Part shown: positions 33,882-44,149 of the stretch, one piece after another
How the letters are laid out: each line of letters opens with the position of its first letter
Position numbering within the stretch: position 1 is the stretch's first letter
Source of the DNA: Anaerolineae bacterium
GTDB lineage: Bacteria; Chloroflexota; Anaerolineae; B4-G1; DUEL01
Assembly: GCA_049972045.1 (NCBI GenBank)
Contig: JBMFKS010000001.1
Coordinates: 11,536-75,535 of the forward strand
DNA: 64,000 nucleotides
Reading direction: 5' to 3'
Notes under the pieces: model-generated
Told to the model about the DNA's origin: nothing
What the model saw: the letters and a program-made list of their open reading frames with translations, nothing else
The model's database searches: none
Translations under genes and position numbers: made by a program

Positions 33882-35684
33882 ATGGGCCAGGAAACCATCC
33901 GCAACTTCTGCATCATCGCTCACATAGACCACGGCAAATCCACACTGGCCGACCGGCTCCTGGAACTGACCGGCACCATCTCCCCGCGGGAGATGGCCGA
34001 GCAGGTGCTGGACTCTATGGACCTGGAGCGGGAGCGGGGGATCACCATCAAGGCGTCGGCGGTGCGGATGACCTACCGCGCCGCCAACGGCCAGGCCTAC
34101 GAACTGAACCTGATAGATACCCCCGGCCACGTGGACTTCTCCTACGAGGTGAGCCGCGCGCTGGCGGCCTGCGAGGGTGCCCTTCTGGTGGTGGACGCCT
34201 CCCAGGGTATAGAGGCCCAGACCATGGCCAATCTCTACCTGGCCCTGGACGCCGGGCTGGAAATCATCCCCGTCGTCAACAAAATAGACCTTCTCGCCGC
34301 CCGGCCCGACGAAGTGGCGGCGGAGGTGGCTGACCTGCTGGGCGTCCCCGCCGAGGAGGTCCTGCGGGTCTCTGCCAAAGAGGGGACTAACATCCCCGCA
34401 GTGCTGGAGGCAGTTGTCCGGAGAATCCCCCCACCCTCCGGCCGTCCCGATGCCCCCCTGAGAGCCCTCATCTTTGACTCCCACTACGACCCCTACAAGG
34501 GCGTTGTCGCCTACGTACGCGTGGTGGACGGCGCGGTGGAGAAAGGGCGTCGGCTGATGCTGATGTCCTCCGGCCTGGAGACGGAACCGGTGGAAATCGG
34601 CATCTTCACCCCCGGTATGCAGCCGACAGGCCGCCTGGAGACCGGCGAGGTCGGCTACATCGCCACCGGCCTGAAAACCGTCCGCGAGTGCCGGGTCGGC
34701 GATACACTGACCGATGCCGCCCGTCCGGCCGAAGAGCCCCTCCCCGGCTACCGCCCGGCCAAGCCCATGGTCTTCGCCAGCCTGTATCCGGTGGAGGCGG
34801 AGGAGTATCAGAACCTGCGGGACGCGCTGGAGAAACTCCGCCTCAACGACGCCGCCCTGACCTTTGAGCCGGAGACGTCGCAGGCCCTGCAATTCGGCTT
34901 CCGCTGCGGCTTCCTGGGCCTCTTCCACATGGAGATCGTCCAGGAACGGCTGGAGCGGGAGTATGGCCTGGACCTCATCGCCACCGCCCCCAGTGTGGCT
35001 TACCAGGTCGTCACCACCCGGGGAGAAGTGCTGGAGGTCTCCCGCCCTGCCGACCTGCCTGACCCGTCGGTCATCCGGGAAATCCGGGAGCCGTGGATGA
35101 AGGTGCAGATTTTCACCCCCGCCGCCTCCATCGGCCCGGTGATGGAACTGGTCACCCGCCGCCGGGGCCAGTACGAGACGACAGAGTACCTGGATAGCCA
35201 GCGGGTGGTGCTGACATTCCATATGCCCCTCTCCGAGATGATCGTGGACCTCCACGACCGGCTGAAATCGGCCACGCGGGGCTACGCCTCTATGGACTAC
35301 ACCTTTGAGGGCTACCGGCCCGGCGACCTGGTGAAGATGGACATTCTGGTCAACGAACAGCCGGTGGACGCGCTGGCGCTCATTGTCCACCGGGACCAGG
35401 CCTACGAGAAGGGGTCGGCGCTGGTGCGGAAGATGAAAGAAGTCATCCCCCGCCAGTTGTTCCCCGTGCCCATCCAGGCGGCCATCGGGGGGCGCGTCAT
35501 CGCCCGGGAAACGGTGCGGGCGCTCCGGAAGGACGTGCTGGCGAAGTGCTACGGCGGCGACGTCACTCGCAAGCGGAAACTGTTGGAGAAGCAGAAGGCG
35601 GGGAAGAAACGGCTCAAACAGTTCGGGCAGGTGGTGCTTCCTCAGGAAGCGTTCCTGGCCATCCTGAGGTTGGAAGAAGAATAA
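33882..35684 (+). CDS. lepA: elongation factor 4 (LepA)
   Basis: [20 protein letters not shown]...[12 protein letters not shown]...NKIDL GTPase motifs and the LepA C-terminal domain; 600 aa. Confidence 0.9.
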   Translation: MGQETIRNFCIIAHIDHGKSTLADRLLELTGTISPREMAEQVLDSMDLERERGITIKASAVRMTYRAANGQAYELNLIDTPGHVDFSYEVSRALAACEGALLVVDASQGIEAQTMANLYLALDAGLEIIPVVNKIDLLAARPDEVAAEVADLLGVPAEEVLRVSAKEGTNIPAVLEAVVRRIPPPSGRPDAPLRALIFDSHYDPYKGVVAYVRVVDGAVEKGRRLMLMSSGLETEPVEIGIFTPGMQPTGRLETGEVGYIATGLKTVRECRVGDTLTDAARPAEEPLPGYRPAKPMVFASLYPVEAEEYQNLRDALEKLRLNDAALTFEPETSQALQFGFRCGFLGLFHMEIVQERLEREYGLDLIATAPSVAYQVVTTRGEVLEVSRPADLPDPSVIREIREPWMKVQIFTPAASIGPVMELVTRRRGQYETTEYLDSQRVVLTFHMPLSEMIVDLHDRLKSATRGYASMDYTFEGYRPGDLVKMDILVNEQPVDALALIVHRDQAYEKGSALVRKMKEVIPRQLFPVPIQAAIGGRVIARETVRALRKDVLAKCYGGDVTRKRKLLEKQKAGKKRLKQFGQVVLPQEAFLAILRLEEE

Positions 35685-35743
35685 GCGTTCGCCACCAAGT
35701 CGCCAGGGAACGGTAAGCCCCCATTCCTTTCAGCCTCCTCGTC

Positions 35744-36595
35744 TTGGGCCTGGCATGGCACCAACTGGTGGAAGGCGCAATGGAAGGCGGACTGGTCTGT
35801 CGGTATTGTGGCCGCCCGATCGCGGTGCCGGCCTCTAACTGCCCCTGGTGCGGGCGGACCATTATGGTCATCTGCGCTCACTGCAAGCAGTACACCGATG
35901 ACCAGGGGACAGTCTGTGAGCACTGCGGCGCTCCGCTGGAGCCGGACCGGCTGGAATCGCTCCGCATCGGGGTCGGAGTGGATAGCCGGACGGCCCAATG
36001 GATTGCCGACTGCCAGCGCGCCCGCCTGGTGGCCAGTGGTGTGATAGCCCTCCATCTCCCCGACTTCTTTTATGCCGATGCCCAGCGCCGGACCGTTCTG
36101 GTGGACCTCTTTGGCCCCTCTCTGACCCCCCAACGGGAAGCCGCGGCCCTGCTGTTTGCCGCGGTTGCCTATCTGATCCAACATGGGTACTGCGCGCTTC
36201 AGCCCGCTGGGGAGGGTGAATCCCCGCTCTGGGCCGAAGTCCGGCCGTGGGATGGGCAAATTCTCAGCCTGGAGGGCGCGCTGGCCCGGCAGGCCGGCCT
36301 GGGCCAGACTCTGACCCAATCCCTCCGGCAGGCCGTGGCGGAAGGGGCGGGCATCACCCCGGAGCAGGAGCGGCCTGCTGGCCGGCAGAGACGGCCCACG
36401 GCCGCACCGTTCGCCCGTCCTGTCGCCGAAGCGGTGGTGGAGGCGGCCCGCCGCACCGTCCTCCCCGAGCACCAGGAGAAAGAGGCATGCCGGGAGATTT
36501 ACCGGTTACTGCTCCAGTTTGTCCAGCATGACCCCGCCCGGGCCCGCCGCATCGCCGGGGAGGTTCTGGAGGCCCTGGCCTGGTTTCCGGCTTGA
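35744..36595 (+). CDS. hypothetical protein with N-terminal double zinc-ribbon
   Basis: CRYCGRPI...CPWCGR...CAHCKQ...CEHCGAPL are paired CxxC motifs. The remainder is Ala/Arg-rich with no recognised family. Confidence 0.45.
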   Translation: MGLAWHQLVEGAMEGGLVCRYCGRPIAVPASNCPWCGRTIMVICAHCKQYTDDQGTVCEHCGAPLEPDRLESLRIGVGVDSRTAQWIADCQRARLVASGVIALHLPDFFYADAQRRTVLVDLFGPSLTPQREAAALLFAAVAYLIQHGYCALQPAGEGESPLWAEVRPWDGQILSLEGALARQAGLGQTLTQSLRQAVAEGAGITPEQERPAGRQRRPTAAPFARPVAEAVVEAARRTVLPEHQEKEACREIYRLLLQFVQHDPARARRIAGEVLEALAWFPA

Positions 36596-36762
36596 CAAAT
36601 CAGCCAGTTGGGCTATAAATAAAACCAGCAGGTGAAGCCAGCCACGAGGTAAAAGGAGGTGCGCAGGGGGAAAAGAACAGACTCCGTTGATCCACAACCT
36701 GTCCTCTCCATCCATATTTTACATTTTACTCCACTGTTCCCAAATCCTGAAAGGAGGAGAAA

Positions 36763-37917
36763 ATGCTCCGGAAGATCCTGCTGTTGGCGCTCGCTGCCAT
36801 CCTGGTGCTGCCGCTTTTTGCCGGGTGTAAGCCCAAAGAGGCTGGCCCCATCAAAATCGGCGTGGAACTTCCGCTGACGGGGGACTACGCCTACGAGGGG
36901 CAGGGGATGCTGAAGTCCATCCAGTTGCTGGTGGACCAGACCAATGCGGCTGGTGGGCTGCTGGGCCGCAAGGTGGAACTGGTGGTGGAGGACGACGCCG
37001 GGGATGCCGGCCAGGCCTCTCAGGTAGCCCAGAAACTGGTGGACGCGGGAGTGATCGCCGTCATTGGCGCCTACAACTCCAGCGCCACCGAACCGGCCTC
37101 CGTCATTTACAATCAGGCGGGCATTCTCCACATCACCCCCTCCTCCACCGCCACTCGGCTCACCGAGAAGGGCTTCCAGCGTTTCTTCCGCGTCTGCTTC
37201 CTGGATGACCGGCAGGGGCTCTTCGCGGCCAAGTTCATGAAAGAGGTATTGGGCGCCCAGAAAATCGGCATCCTCCACGACAACTCCACTTACGCCCAGG
37301 GCCTGGCGGAGCACACCAAGCGGTATGCCGAGCAGTTGGGAATGAACGTGGCCTTCTACGACGCCATCAACCCGGCCGATAAGGACTTCACACCCACCCT
37401 GACCCGCATCGGCGGCGCCGGCCTGGATGCCATCTACTTCACCGGTTACCATGCCCAGGGCGGCTTGCTCCTGAAGCAGTCCGGCGACCTGGGGCTGAAA
37501 CTCCGGTGGGTGATGGGCAACGCCTGCAACAACCCGGAGTTGATCCAGATTGCCGGGGTGGAGAACGCGGCGGGGACCTACGTCACCACCGAGCCGCTGC
37601 CGAAGGACGTGAACGTCCCCGAGGCCAAGAAGTACGTGGAGGACTTCAAGGCCCGCTACGGCGAGGAGCCGGCCAGCGTCTGGTGGATGATGGCCGCCGA
37701 GGCCTTCAATGTCATCCGCTACGCGATTGAACAGACCAAGTCCACCGACCCGAAGGTGCTGGCGGAGTTCCTCCATCAGGCCAAGAACATCAACGGCATC
37801 ACCGGCCCCATCCTGGGCTGGGATGAGAAGGGCGACCGCCTGGGCACCATCCATGTGGCCTACATCATCAACGAGAAGGGCGAGTTCATCCTGAACCCGC
37901 AGCAGCCGTCACCGTAG
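36763..37917 (+). CDS. livK: branched-chain amino acid ABC transporter substrate-binding lipoprotein (LivK/LivJ family)
   Basis: Lipoprotein signal (LPLFAGC). Type I periplasmic binding fold motifs (IKIGVELPLTGDYAYEGQ). Confidence 0.85.
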   Translation: MLRKILLLALAAILVLPLFAGCKPKEAGPIKIGVELPLTGDYAYEGQGMLKSIQLLVDQTNAAGGLLGRKVELVVEDDAGDAGQASQVAQKLVDAGVIAVIGAYNSSATEPASVIYNQAGILHITPSSTATRLTEKGFQRFFRVCFLDDRQGLFAAKFMKEVLGAQKIGILHDNSTYAQGLAEHTKRYAEQLGMNVAFYDAINPADKDFTPTLTRIGGAGLDAIYFTGYHAQGGLLLKQSGDLGLKLRWVMGNACNNPELIQIAGVENAAGTYVTTEPLPKDVNVPEAKKYVEDFKARYGEEPASVWWMMAAEAFNVIRYAIEQTKSTDPKVLAEFLHQAKNINGITGPILGWDEKGDRLGTIHVAYIINEKGEFILNPQQPSP

Positions 37918-38013
37918 GCGTTGTGCCCGCCGGGGGGAGTTCGGGGGAGCCCCCGGACTCCCCCCTTTTTGGTATGGGGCACATCCGAGTTGCCGTTCAG
38001 GAGGGCAAATTTC

Positions 38014-38922
38014 ATGCAACAATTGCTCCAGCAACTCATCAATGGCATTACCATCGGCTCTTTCTACGCCCTGGTCGCCCTGGGCTATACGATGGTGTAC
38101 GGCGTGCTGAAACTGATCAACTTCGCCCACGGCGACCTTTTTATGTGGGGGGCTTACATCGGGCTGACCGGACTGAGCATCCTGGTAGCCCTGCTGGGCC
38201 AGGGTGGCCCTCTCTCCATTTTCCCGGTTGCTGTCATTGTGATGGTCACCATCGCGCTGATCGGCGTCCTGATAGAGCGCGTCGCCTACCGCCCCCTTCG
38301 TTCTGCAGGACGCCTGGCGCCGGTCATTTCGGCCCTGGGGGCGGCCTTCATCCTGGAGAGTCTGGCCCGCAACATCTACGGCGCCAGTTGGAAGACCTAT
38401 CCCCCGGGGCTGGTGCCTGCCGGCAAAGTCGCCCTGGTCGGGGGTGTCCGGATCAGCGTGATGCAGGTGTTGGTCCTGGCCGTCTCCTTCCTGCTCATGG
38501 CGCTCCTCTACCTGTTCGTCTACCGCACCCGTATCGGCACCGCTATGCGCGCCGTCTCCCTGGATCACGAGGTCTCCCGGCTGATGGGGATAGATGTGGA
38601 CGGCATCATTGCCACCGTCTTCCTGATCGGCCCGGGCCTGGGCGGGCTGGCAGGGATGATTGTGGCCCTCTACTACGGCTCCTTTGACTTCACCCTGGGC
38701 TGGGTATTCGGGCTGAAGGCCTTTATTTCGGCCATTCTGGGCGGCATCGGCAACATCCCCGGCGCGATGCTGGGCGGGATGATTCTGGGTATCATAGAGA
38801 CGCTGGGGGCCGGATACGTCTCCCCTCAGTGGAAAGATGTCATTGCGTACGTGATCCTCATCCTGATTCTCATCTTCCGCCCCACCGGTCTGTTGGGCGA
38901 GCGCGTGGCGGAGAAACTGTAG
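38014..38922 (+). CDS. livH: branched-chain amino acid ABC transporter permease LivH
   Basis: MQQLLQQLINGITIGSFYALVALGYTMVYGVLKLINFAHGD is the canonical LivH N-terminus. Confidence 0.85.
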   Translation: MQQLLQQLINGITIGSFYALVALGYTMVYGVLKLINFAHGDLFMWGAYIGLTGLSILVALLGQGGPLSIFPVAVIVMVTIALIGVLIERVAYRPLRSAGRLAPVISALGAAFILESLARNIYGASWKTYPPGLVPAGKVALVGGVRISVMQVLVLAVSFLLMALLYLFVYRTRIGTAMRAVSLDHEVSRLMGIDVDGIIATVFLIGPGLGGLAGMIVALYYGSFDFTLGWVFGLKAFISAILGGIGNIPGAMLGGMILGIIETLGAGYVSPQWKDVIAYVILILILIFRPTGLLGERVAEKL

Positions 38923-38934
38923 CGGGAGGGAACA

Positions 38935-39897
38935 ATGGAGAATCTGAGGGAACGTCTTCGGAGGAATCCGCTGATATGGCAGGTCGGCCTGCTGGCCCTG
39001 GCCGTCCTGCTTCCGCTCCCGCTGAACGACTATTACCGCGCGGTGCTCTGGCGCACCGGCATCTATGCCATTCTGGGGTTGAGCCTGAACATCATCGTCG
39101 GCTACGCGGGGCTGTTCCAACTGGGCCACGCCGCTTTCTACGCGCTGGGCGCGTACACGTCGGCGCTCCTCAACCTCTACTTTCACGTCCCCCTCGTCCT
39201 GACCTGGCCCATCAGCATCCTGGTGGCCGCGTTCTTCGGCTACCTGATCTCCCGTCCTATCCTGCACCTGCGCGGCGACTATCTCTGTATCGTGACCATC
39301 GCTTTCGGCGAAGTGGTCCGGCTGGCTCTGGTCAACAACATCTTCGGCATTACCGGCGGGGCCAACGGGCTGAGCGGCATTGACCAGACCGTCCTCTTCG
39401 GCCTGACGCTGCGGACTCCCCTCCACCACTACTACCTGGTCCTCTTCTTCCTGGTCCTGACCCTCTTCGCGGTCCGGCGGCTGGAGAACTCCCGCCTGGG
39501 GCGGGCCTGGATGTATGTCCGGGAGGACGAGACGGCGGCCGAGGCGATGGGGATAGACACGACGTGGGCGAAACTGCTGGCTTTCGTGCTGGGCTCCGGG
39601 TGGGCCGGCCTGGCCGGGGCGCTCTACGTGGCCCGCATCCCTGTCGTCTCCCCGGACCTGGCCCGCTTCATTGAGTCGGTCGTGATGTTCTGCATCGTCG
39701 TCCTGGGCGGTACGGGCTCCATCCCCGGCGTCTTCGTCGGCACCCTGGGGATGATCACCCTGCCGGAAATTTTCCGCTTCCTGAAGACCTGGCGGGATGC
39801 CTGGATGGGCGTGGCGATGGTCGCTATGATGATCGCCCGCCCCGAGGGCCTGTGGCCCAGCCGCCGCATCCGGATGGAGATTCGGGAGGAAGAGTAA
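38935..39897 (+). CDS. livM: branched-chain amino acid ABC transporter permease LivM
   Basis: Polytopic; motifs GYAGLFQLGHAAFYALGAYT are typical of LivM. Confidence 0.85.
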   Translation: MENLRERLRRNPLIWQVGLLALAVLLPLPLNDYYRAVLWRTGIYAILGLSLNIIVGYAGLFQLGHAAFYALGAYTSALLNLYFHVPLVLTWPISILVAAFFGYLISRPILHLRGDYLCIVTIAFGEVVRLALVNNIFGITGGANGLSGIDQTVLFGLTLRTPLHHYYLVLFFLVLTLFAVRRLENSRLGRAWMYVREDETAAEAMGIDTTWAKLLAFVLGSGWAGLAGALYVARIPVVSPDLARFIESVVMFCIVVLGGTGSIPGVFVGTLGMITLPEIFRFLKTWRDAWMGVAMVAMMIARPEGLWPSRRIRMEIREEE

Positions 39898-39918
39898 GCG
39901 CGCAATGAGGGAGGATAG

Positions 39919-40779
39919 ATGGCGCTTCTGGAAATCCGCAACCTGACCAAACAATTCGGCGGCCTGACCGCCGTGGACAACGTCAGTTTCTCCCTGGACG
40001 AGGGGGAGATTCTGGGTCTTATCGGCCCGAACGGGGCCGGGAAGACCACCATCTTCAACCTGATCACTGGGATCTACACCCCGACAGAGGGGGAAATTTT
40101 CTTTAACGGCCACCGGATCGCGCATCCGCCGCTGGGCGCCCGGAAGTTCATCACCCCCGTCTGGTGGTTGCAGGGGGTGCCGGCCCGGTCGGTCCGGGAA
40201 CGATGGGACCAACTGCGGACGCTGCGGCCCCACGAGGTCACCGAACTGGGCATCGCCCGGACGTTCCAGACCATCCGGCTGTTCAAGAATATGACCGTCC
40301 TGGAAAACGTGATGGCGGGCGTCCACCACCGGACCCGGGCCGGTGTCTGGGGGGCCATCTTCCGCCCACCGGCGCAGCGGGAGGAAGAAGCGTTGATCGC
40401 CCGGGAGGCGGAACAGCACATCCGCTTTATGGGGCTTGCGGACTACCGGGACGAACTGGCGAAGAACCTCCCCTATGGCCATCAACGGCGGCTGGAGATC
40501 GCCCGCGCGCTGGCGGCCCGGCCCCGTCTGCTCATCCTGGACGAGCCGGCGGCCGGCCTGAACGAGCAGGAGACGCTGGAACTGATGGACCTCATCCGGC
40601 AGATTCGGGATTCGGGCATCACCGTCCTGCTCATTGAGCATGATATGAAGGTGGTGATGGGCATTTGCGAGCGGATTGTCGTCCTGGACTACGGCAGGAA
40701 GATCGCCGAGGGGACGCCGGAAGAGGTGCAGCGGAACCCGCGCGTCATCCAGGCCTACCTGGGAGAAGAGGGGGTGTGA
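39919..40779 (+). CDS. livG: branched-chain amino acid ABC transporter ATP-binding protein LivG (with ~30-aa insertion)
   Basis: Walker A GPNGAGKTT, Q-loop, signature, Walker B ILDEPAAGLN. An extra segment ITPVWWLQGVPARSVRERWDQLRTLRPHEV sits between Walker A and the Q-loop. Confidence 0.85.
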   Translation: MALLEIRNLTKQFGGLTAVDNVSFSLDEGEILGLIGPNGAGKTTIFNLITGIYTPTEGEIFFNGHRIAHPPLGARKFITPVWWLQGVPARSVRERWDQLRTLRPHEVTELGIARTFQTIRLFKNMTVLENVMAGVHHRTRAGVWGAIFRPPAQREEEALIAREAEQHIRFMGLADYRDELAKNLPYGHQRRLEIARALAARPRLLILDEPAAGLNEQETLELMDLIRQIRDSGITVLLIEHDMKVVMGICERIVVLDYGRKIAEGTPEEVQRNPRVIQAYLGEEGV

Positions 40780-40781
40780 CG

Positions 40782-41495
40782 ATGCCACTCCTGAGGATAG
40801 AGAACCTGCACACTTACTACGGCCATGTCCACGCGCTGAAGGGGATTGACCTGGAGGTGGAGGAGGGGGAGATCGTCACCCTCATCGGGGCCAACGGGGC
40901 CGGCAAAAGCACTACGCTCCGCACCATCTCCGGCCTGGTCCGCCCGCGCGAGGGCCGCGTGGAGTTCAACGGGCAGGTCATCAACCACGTTCCGGCTCAT
41001 CAGATCGTCCAGATGGGGGTCTGCCATGTCCCCGAGGGCCGCCGCATCTTCACCACCCTGACGGTGATGGAGAACCTGATGATGGGGGCCTACACGGTCA
41101 AGGACGAGAGGACGATTCGGGAAAACCTCCAGCGGGTCTTTGACCTGTTCCCTCGTCTGGCAGAGCGGAAGAACCAGTTGGGGGGCACCCTCTCCGGCGG
41201 CGAGCAGCAGATGCTGACTATCGGGCGGGCGCTGATGTCCCGGCCGCGGCTCCTACTGCTGGACGAGCCGTCCCTGGGGCTGGCGCCTCTGCTGGTCAAG
41301 GCCATCTTTGAGACCATCCGGGAGATCAACGCGCGCGGCACCACCATCCTGTTGGTGGAGCAGAATGCCCGCGCCGCGCTGAAGATTGCCCATCGGGCCT
41401 ACGTCCTGGAGACCGGGCGGGTCATCCTCTCCGGACCGGCGCAGGAACTGATGCGGGATGAGCGGGTGAGGAAGGCATATTTGGGGGAAAGATAG
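40782..41495 (+). CDS. livF: branched-chain amino acid ABC transporter ATP-binding protein LivF
   Basis: MPLLRIENLHTYYGHVHALKGIDLEVEEGEIVTLIGANGAGKST...LSGGEQQML...LLLDEP. Confidence 0.85.
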   Translation: MPLLRIENLHTYYGHVHALKGIDLEVEEGEIVTLIGANGAGKSTTLRTISGLVRPREGRVEFNGQVINHVPAHQIVQMGVCHVPEGRRIFTTLTVMENLMMGAYTVKDERTIRENLQRVFDLFPRLAERKNQLGGTLSGGEQQMLTIGRALMSRPRLLLLDEPSLGLAPLLVKAIFETIREINARGTTILLVEQNARAALKIAHRAYVLETGRVILSGPAQELMRDERVRKAYLGER

Positions 41496-41500
41496 GGAGT

Positions 41501-42877
41501 ATGGAGTATGGGGTAGGAAGTAGGATGATGAGTCAGGCGGTGTTGTTTGAAGTGGAGGCCGAGTACGCGGGGGCCGAAGCCCGGAGGCTGGAGCAGAAAT
41601 ATGCCCATCGGATGCGGGAGGAGCTGCGGATGGGCCCCCTGGTCTCGTATGTGGGCAACAAGGAGGTTCCCCTTCTCCGTCTCTACCGCTACAAAGAGGC
41701 CTTCACATTCCGGTTCGTGGACGAGTGGCTCACCCGCTTCGGGGTGAATCGGGAAGACACCGTCTTTGACCCCTTCTGTGGAATGGGCACCACGCTGCTG
41801 GCGGCATCTTGTCGTGGGATATCCGCCATCGGCACCGATCGTCTGCCGGTGGCGGTGCTCATCGCCCGCACGCTGCCGCTTTTCTTTCAGGTCCGCCCGG
41901 GAGAACTGACTCGCATCTTTGAGTGCTTGCAGCACATTGTCCCTTCCGCCGAACCGGCCCCCGTCGCGGCCGACGTGGCCATTATGGGCGTCGCGTTCTC
42001 CCCGGATACTCTGCTGGCCCTGCGGCGCTGGAAGGCCGCCATTGACGGCCTGGAATCGCCGTTCCGGGAGATTTTCCTGCTCCTCTTTTTCTCGGTCCTG
42101 GAGCCCTGTAGTTACACATCTAAAGACGGCCAGTTCCTGCGGTTGAAGCGCACCAAGCGGCCAGCGGATCCGGAGGAGGCGCTGGCGGGAAAAGTGCAGG
42201 AGGCCGAAACGGACATCCGGTGGGTTCGGGAATTGGGCTGGGACATCGCCTTCCGGCCGTTCCGGGTCATTCTCGGCGACACCCGGCGGCTGGACGAGGT
42301 CCCCTTTGATCGCCCTCCGACGGTTATCATCACCTCTCCACCCTATGCCAATCGGTACGACTATACCCGGACCTACTCCCTGGAGCTCTGTTTCCACTTC
42401 GTCCGGAACTTTGACGAACTGAGGGAACTGCGGCACAGCCTGCTCCGTTCCCACATTGAGGCCCGACTTTCGCCTACGGAAGAAGCCCCCCATCCGGCCG
42501 TGCGGGAACTGGTGGACTTTCTGCGAGCGCGCGGCAAAGCGCTGAACAACCCCCGAATCCCGGATATGTTAACCGCGTACTTTGTGGACATGCAGAAAGC
42601 CATCCGGGAGTGGAGGAGAGTGTTGGCCCCTTCGGCACGTGTGGCGATGGTTGTGGACAATGTACGCTTTGAGGGCCGGATGCTTCCGGTGGATCTGATC
42701 CTTTCTGAAATGGCCGAGGAAGAGGGTTTCGCTGTGGAGGAAATCGTCGTCGCTCGGTACAAGGGGAACAGTTCCCAGCAAATGGGCCGCTACGGGCGCG
42801 TCCCGGTCCGGGAGAGTATCGTTGTCTGGAGGAAGCAGGGATGGCTTCGGACTCCCGACATCAAACCTGGTTTCTAG
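41501..42877 (+). CDS. DNA methyltransferase (amino-MTase; motif I FCGMGTT, motif IV SPPY)
   Basis: DPFCGMGTT at ~aa 90 and ITSPPYANRYDY at ~aa 320, separated by a long TRD-like region. SPPY favours N4-cytosine/N6-adenine amino-MTases. Lower GC than flanks. Confidence 0.7.
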   Translation: MEYGVGSRMMSQAVLFEVEAEYAGAEARRLEQKYAHRMREELRMGPLVSYVGNKEVPLLRLYRYKEAFTFRFVDEWLTRFGVNREDTVFDPFCGMGTTLLAASCRGISAIGTDRLPVAVLIARTLPLFFQVRPGELTRIFECLQHIVPSAEPAPVAADVAIMGVAFSPDTLLALRRWKAAIDGLESPFREIFLLLFFSVLEPCSYTSKDGQFLRLKRTKRPADPEEALAGKVQEAETDIRWVRELGWDIAFRPFRVILGDTRRLDEVPFDRPPTVIITSPPYANRYDYTRTYSLELCFHFVRNFDELRELRHSLLRSHIEARLSPTEEAPHPAVRELVDFLRARGKALNNPRIPDMLTAYFVDMQKAIREWRRVLAPSARVAMVVDNVRFEGRMLPVDLILSEMAEEEGFAVEEIVVARYKGNSSQQMGRYGRVPVRESIVVWRKQGWLRTPDIKPGF

Positions 42878-43776
42878 ACCAACTGACCAAGAGCGAGTTC
42901 TTCCATCAGAAACTCCATGAGTGGAAGATGCTATCGGTAGCCGAAGCCATTGAGGTTTTTAGAGGGGAAACCCTGGAATGGAACCTCTCCGACCTGGGCA
43001 TTTCTCAGTCCGCCTGGAACAGGGTCATCCACAGAGGGATCAGACCGGTCACTGTCTTTGCCCACCCGGATGTGCTGATGAGCATCCCCGGTTCTACGGG
43101 CTATTACCGGATGCTCTCTATGGTCTCCCAGAAATCTATGGCACGGGTGGGCCTGGCCGTGAATGCCTACGAGACGGGCGCATCTGCTCCCGACCGGGCC
43201 GCAGCCGAGCAAATTGCCCGTCATCTGAATCAGATTATCAGTCGCCTAATGGAGTTTGACGAGAAAGTCAATGCCCGGGAGTTTGACCTCTGGCGCGGCA
43301 TGGCAGCGGGAACCCAGGCGCAAGGTTCCTGGCAGAACGCCAAAGGCGAGCGCGCGGAAGCCCTGGTGAAAGGCCTGATCCAGCGGAGACTGCGTGAACG
43401 AGGCTGGGTGGTTGCGGAAAGCGCAGACGGCAGGCGTATGGAACTCTCTGACGGTCGCCTGGTTACCGTTGGCGACGAGCCCGATATCGCGTTCTACAAG
43501 GGAGGCCGAATTCGGGCGGCGGTAGAAGTCAAAGGCGGCATAGACCCCGCGGGCATTCTGGAACGTTTGGGTGCGGCAATGAAAAGTCTGGCCCGGGCCC
43601 GGGAAGAGAACCCCACTGCCGTGACCATCATGGTCGTTCAAGGTGCATCGCTCACCGATAGAGCCCGGGCGGACCTGGACCTCAACCGCCATATCATCAC
43701 CCACTGGTTTACCGTAGAGCGCCTTCTGACCGAAGAGGCCACCCGGGCCGAGGTTTTTGAACTATTGAATATCTAA
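42841..43776 (+). CDS. putative type II restriction endonuclease (PD-(D/E)xK-like)
   Basis: Overlaps the MTase 3' end by 37 nt. Candidate nuclease motif ...VTVGDEPDIAFYKGGRIRAAVEVKGG (D...E-V-K). No other family match recognisable. Confidence 0.5.
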   Translation: MASDSRHQTWFLDQLTKSEFFHQKLHEWKMLSVAEAIEVFRGETLEWNLSDLGISQSAWNRVIHRGIRPVTVFAHPDVLMSIPGSTGYYRMLSMVSQKSMARVGLAVNAYETGASAPDRAAAEQIARHLNQIISRLMEFDEKVNAREFDLWRGMAAGTQAQGSWQNAKGERAEALVKGLIQRRLRERGWVVAESADGRRMELSDGRLVTVGDEPDIAFYKGGRIRAAVEVKGGIDPAGILERLGAAMKSLARAREENPTAVTIMVVQGASLTDRARADLDLNRHIITHWFTVERLLTEEATRAEVFELLNI

Positions 43777-43849
43777 CCACGGAACAGGTAATACCCATTG
43801 CGTTTGTTTCGGCCAGCGCCGATCGCCCGGACGTAAACATCCGGGCTCA

Positions 43850-44060
43850 TCATGCGAAGCCCCTCGGGGCGAGCCCCGTCGGCCACGCCGCGAGCGGCGC
43901 CTCGGGCGAGCCTCGGCGTGGCCCTCGCCGCGCCACGCGCCGAAGGCCTTGGCCCGAAGGGCCTTCGGCCCGAGGGCGCTCGCGCCGAGGCCTTGGGCCG
44001 AGGGCCCCGCGGCCCGAGGGCGTGGCGGGGCGTGGCCCTTCGGGCTTTTTGAGAGCCCCC
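43850..44060 (-). repeat. GC-rich ~150-200 bp repeat (R family), copy 1
   Basis: The reverse complement shares ~60 bp near-identical with 57920-58090 (ccacgccctcgggccgcggggccctcggcccaaggcctcggcgcgagcgcccctcggg). It creates spurious Arg/Pro/Ala ORFs. Confidence 0.5.
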
Positions 44061-44149
44061 ATGGGGGCTTCGCTGTGTTGAGCCTGGCGGTTTACCGCCA
44101 GGCGAGAATGGCCAAAATAAACCCACTTGGTATAACACGGGATACGTCC

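Noticed and set aside
37909-40788. 959-aa minus-strand ORF across the whole livH-livM-livG region
   Set aside because: It is antisense to the canonical liv permease and ATPase genes, and is low-complexity (Q/R/G/D/P-rich). The same reasoning rejects several other long ORFs antisense to motif-verified genes:
- 6187-7977 (-)
- 6603-8753 (+)
- 10009-11718 (+)
- 16957-18216 (-)
- 24162-26195 (+)
- 26742-28097 (+)
- 29028-31322 (+)
- 33867-35390 (-)
- 61379-63289 (+)
- 61851-63251 (-)
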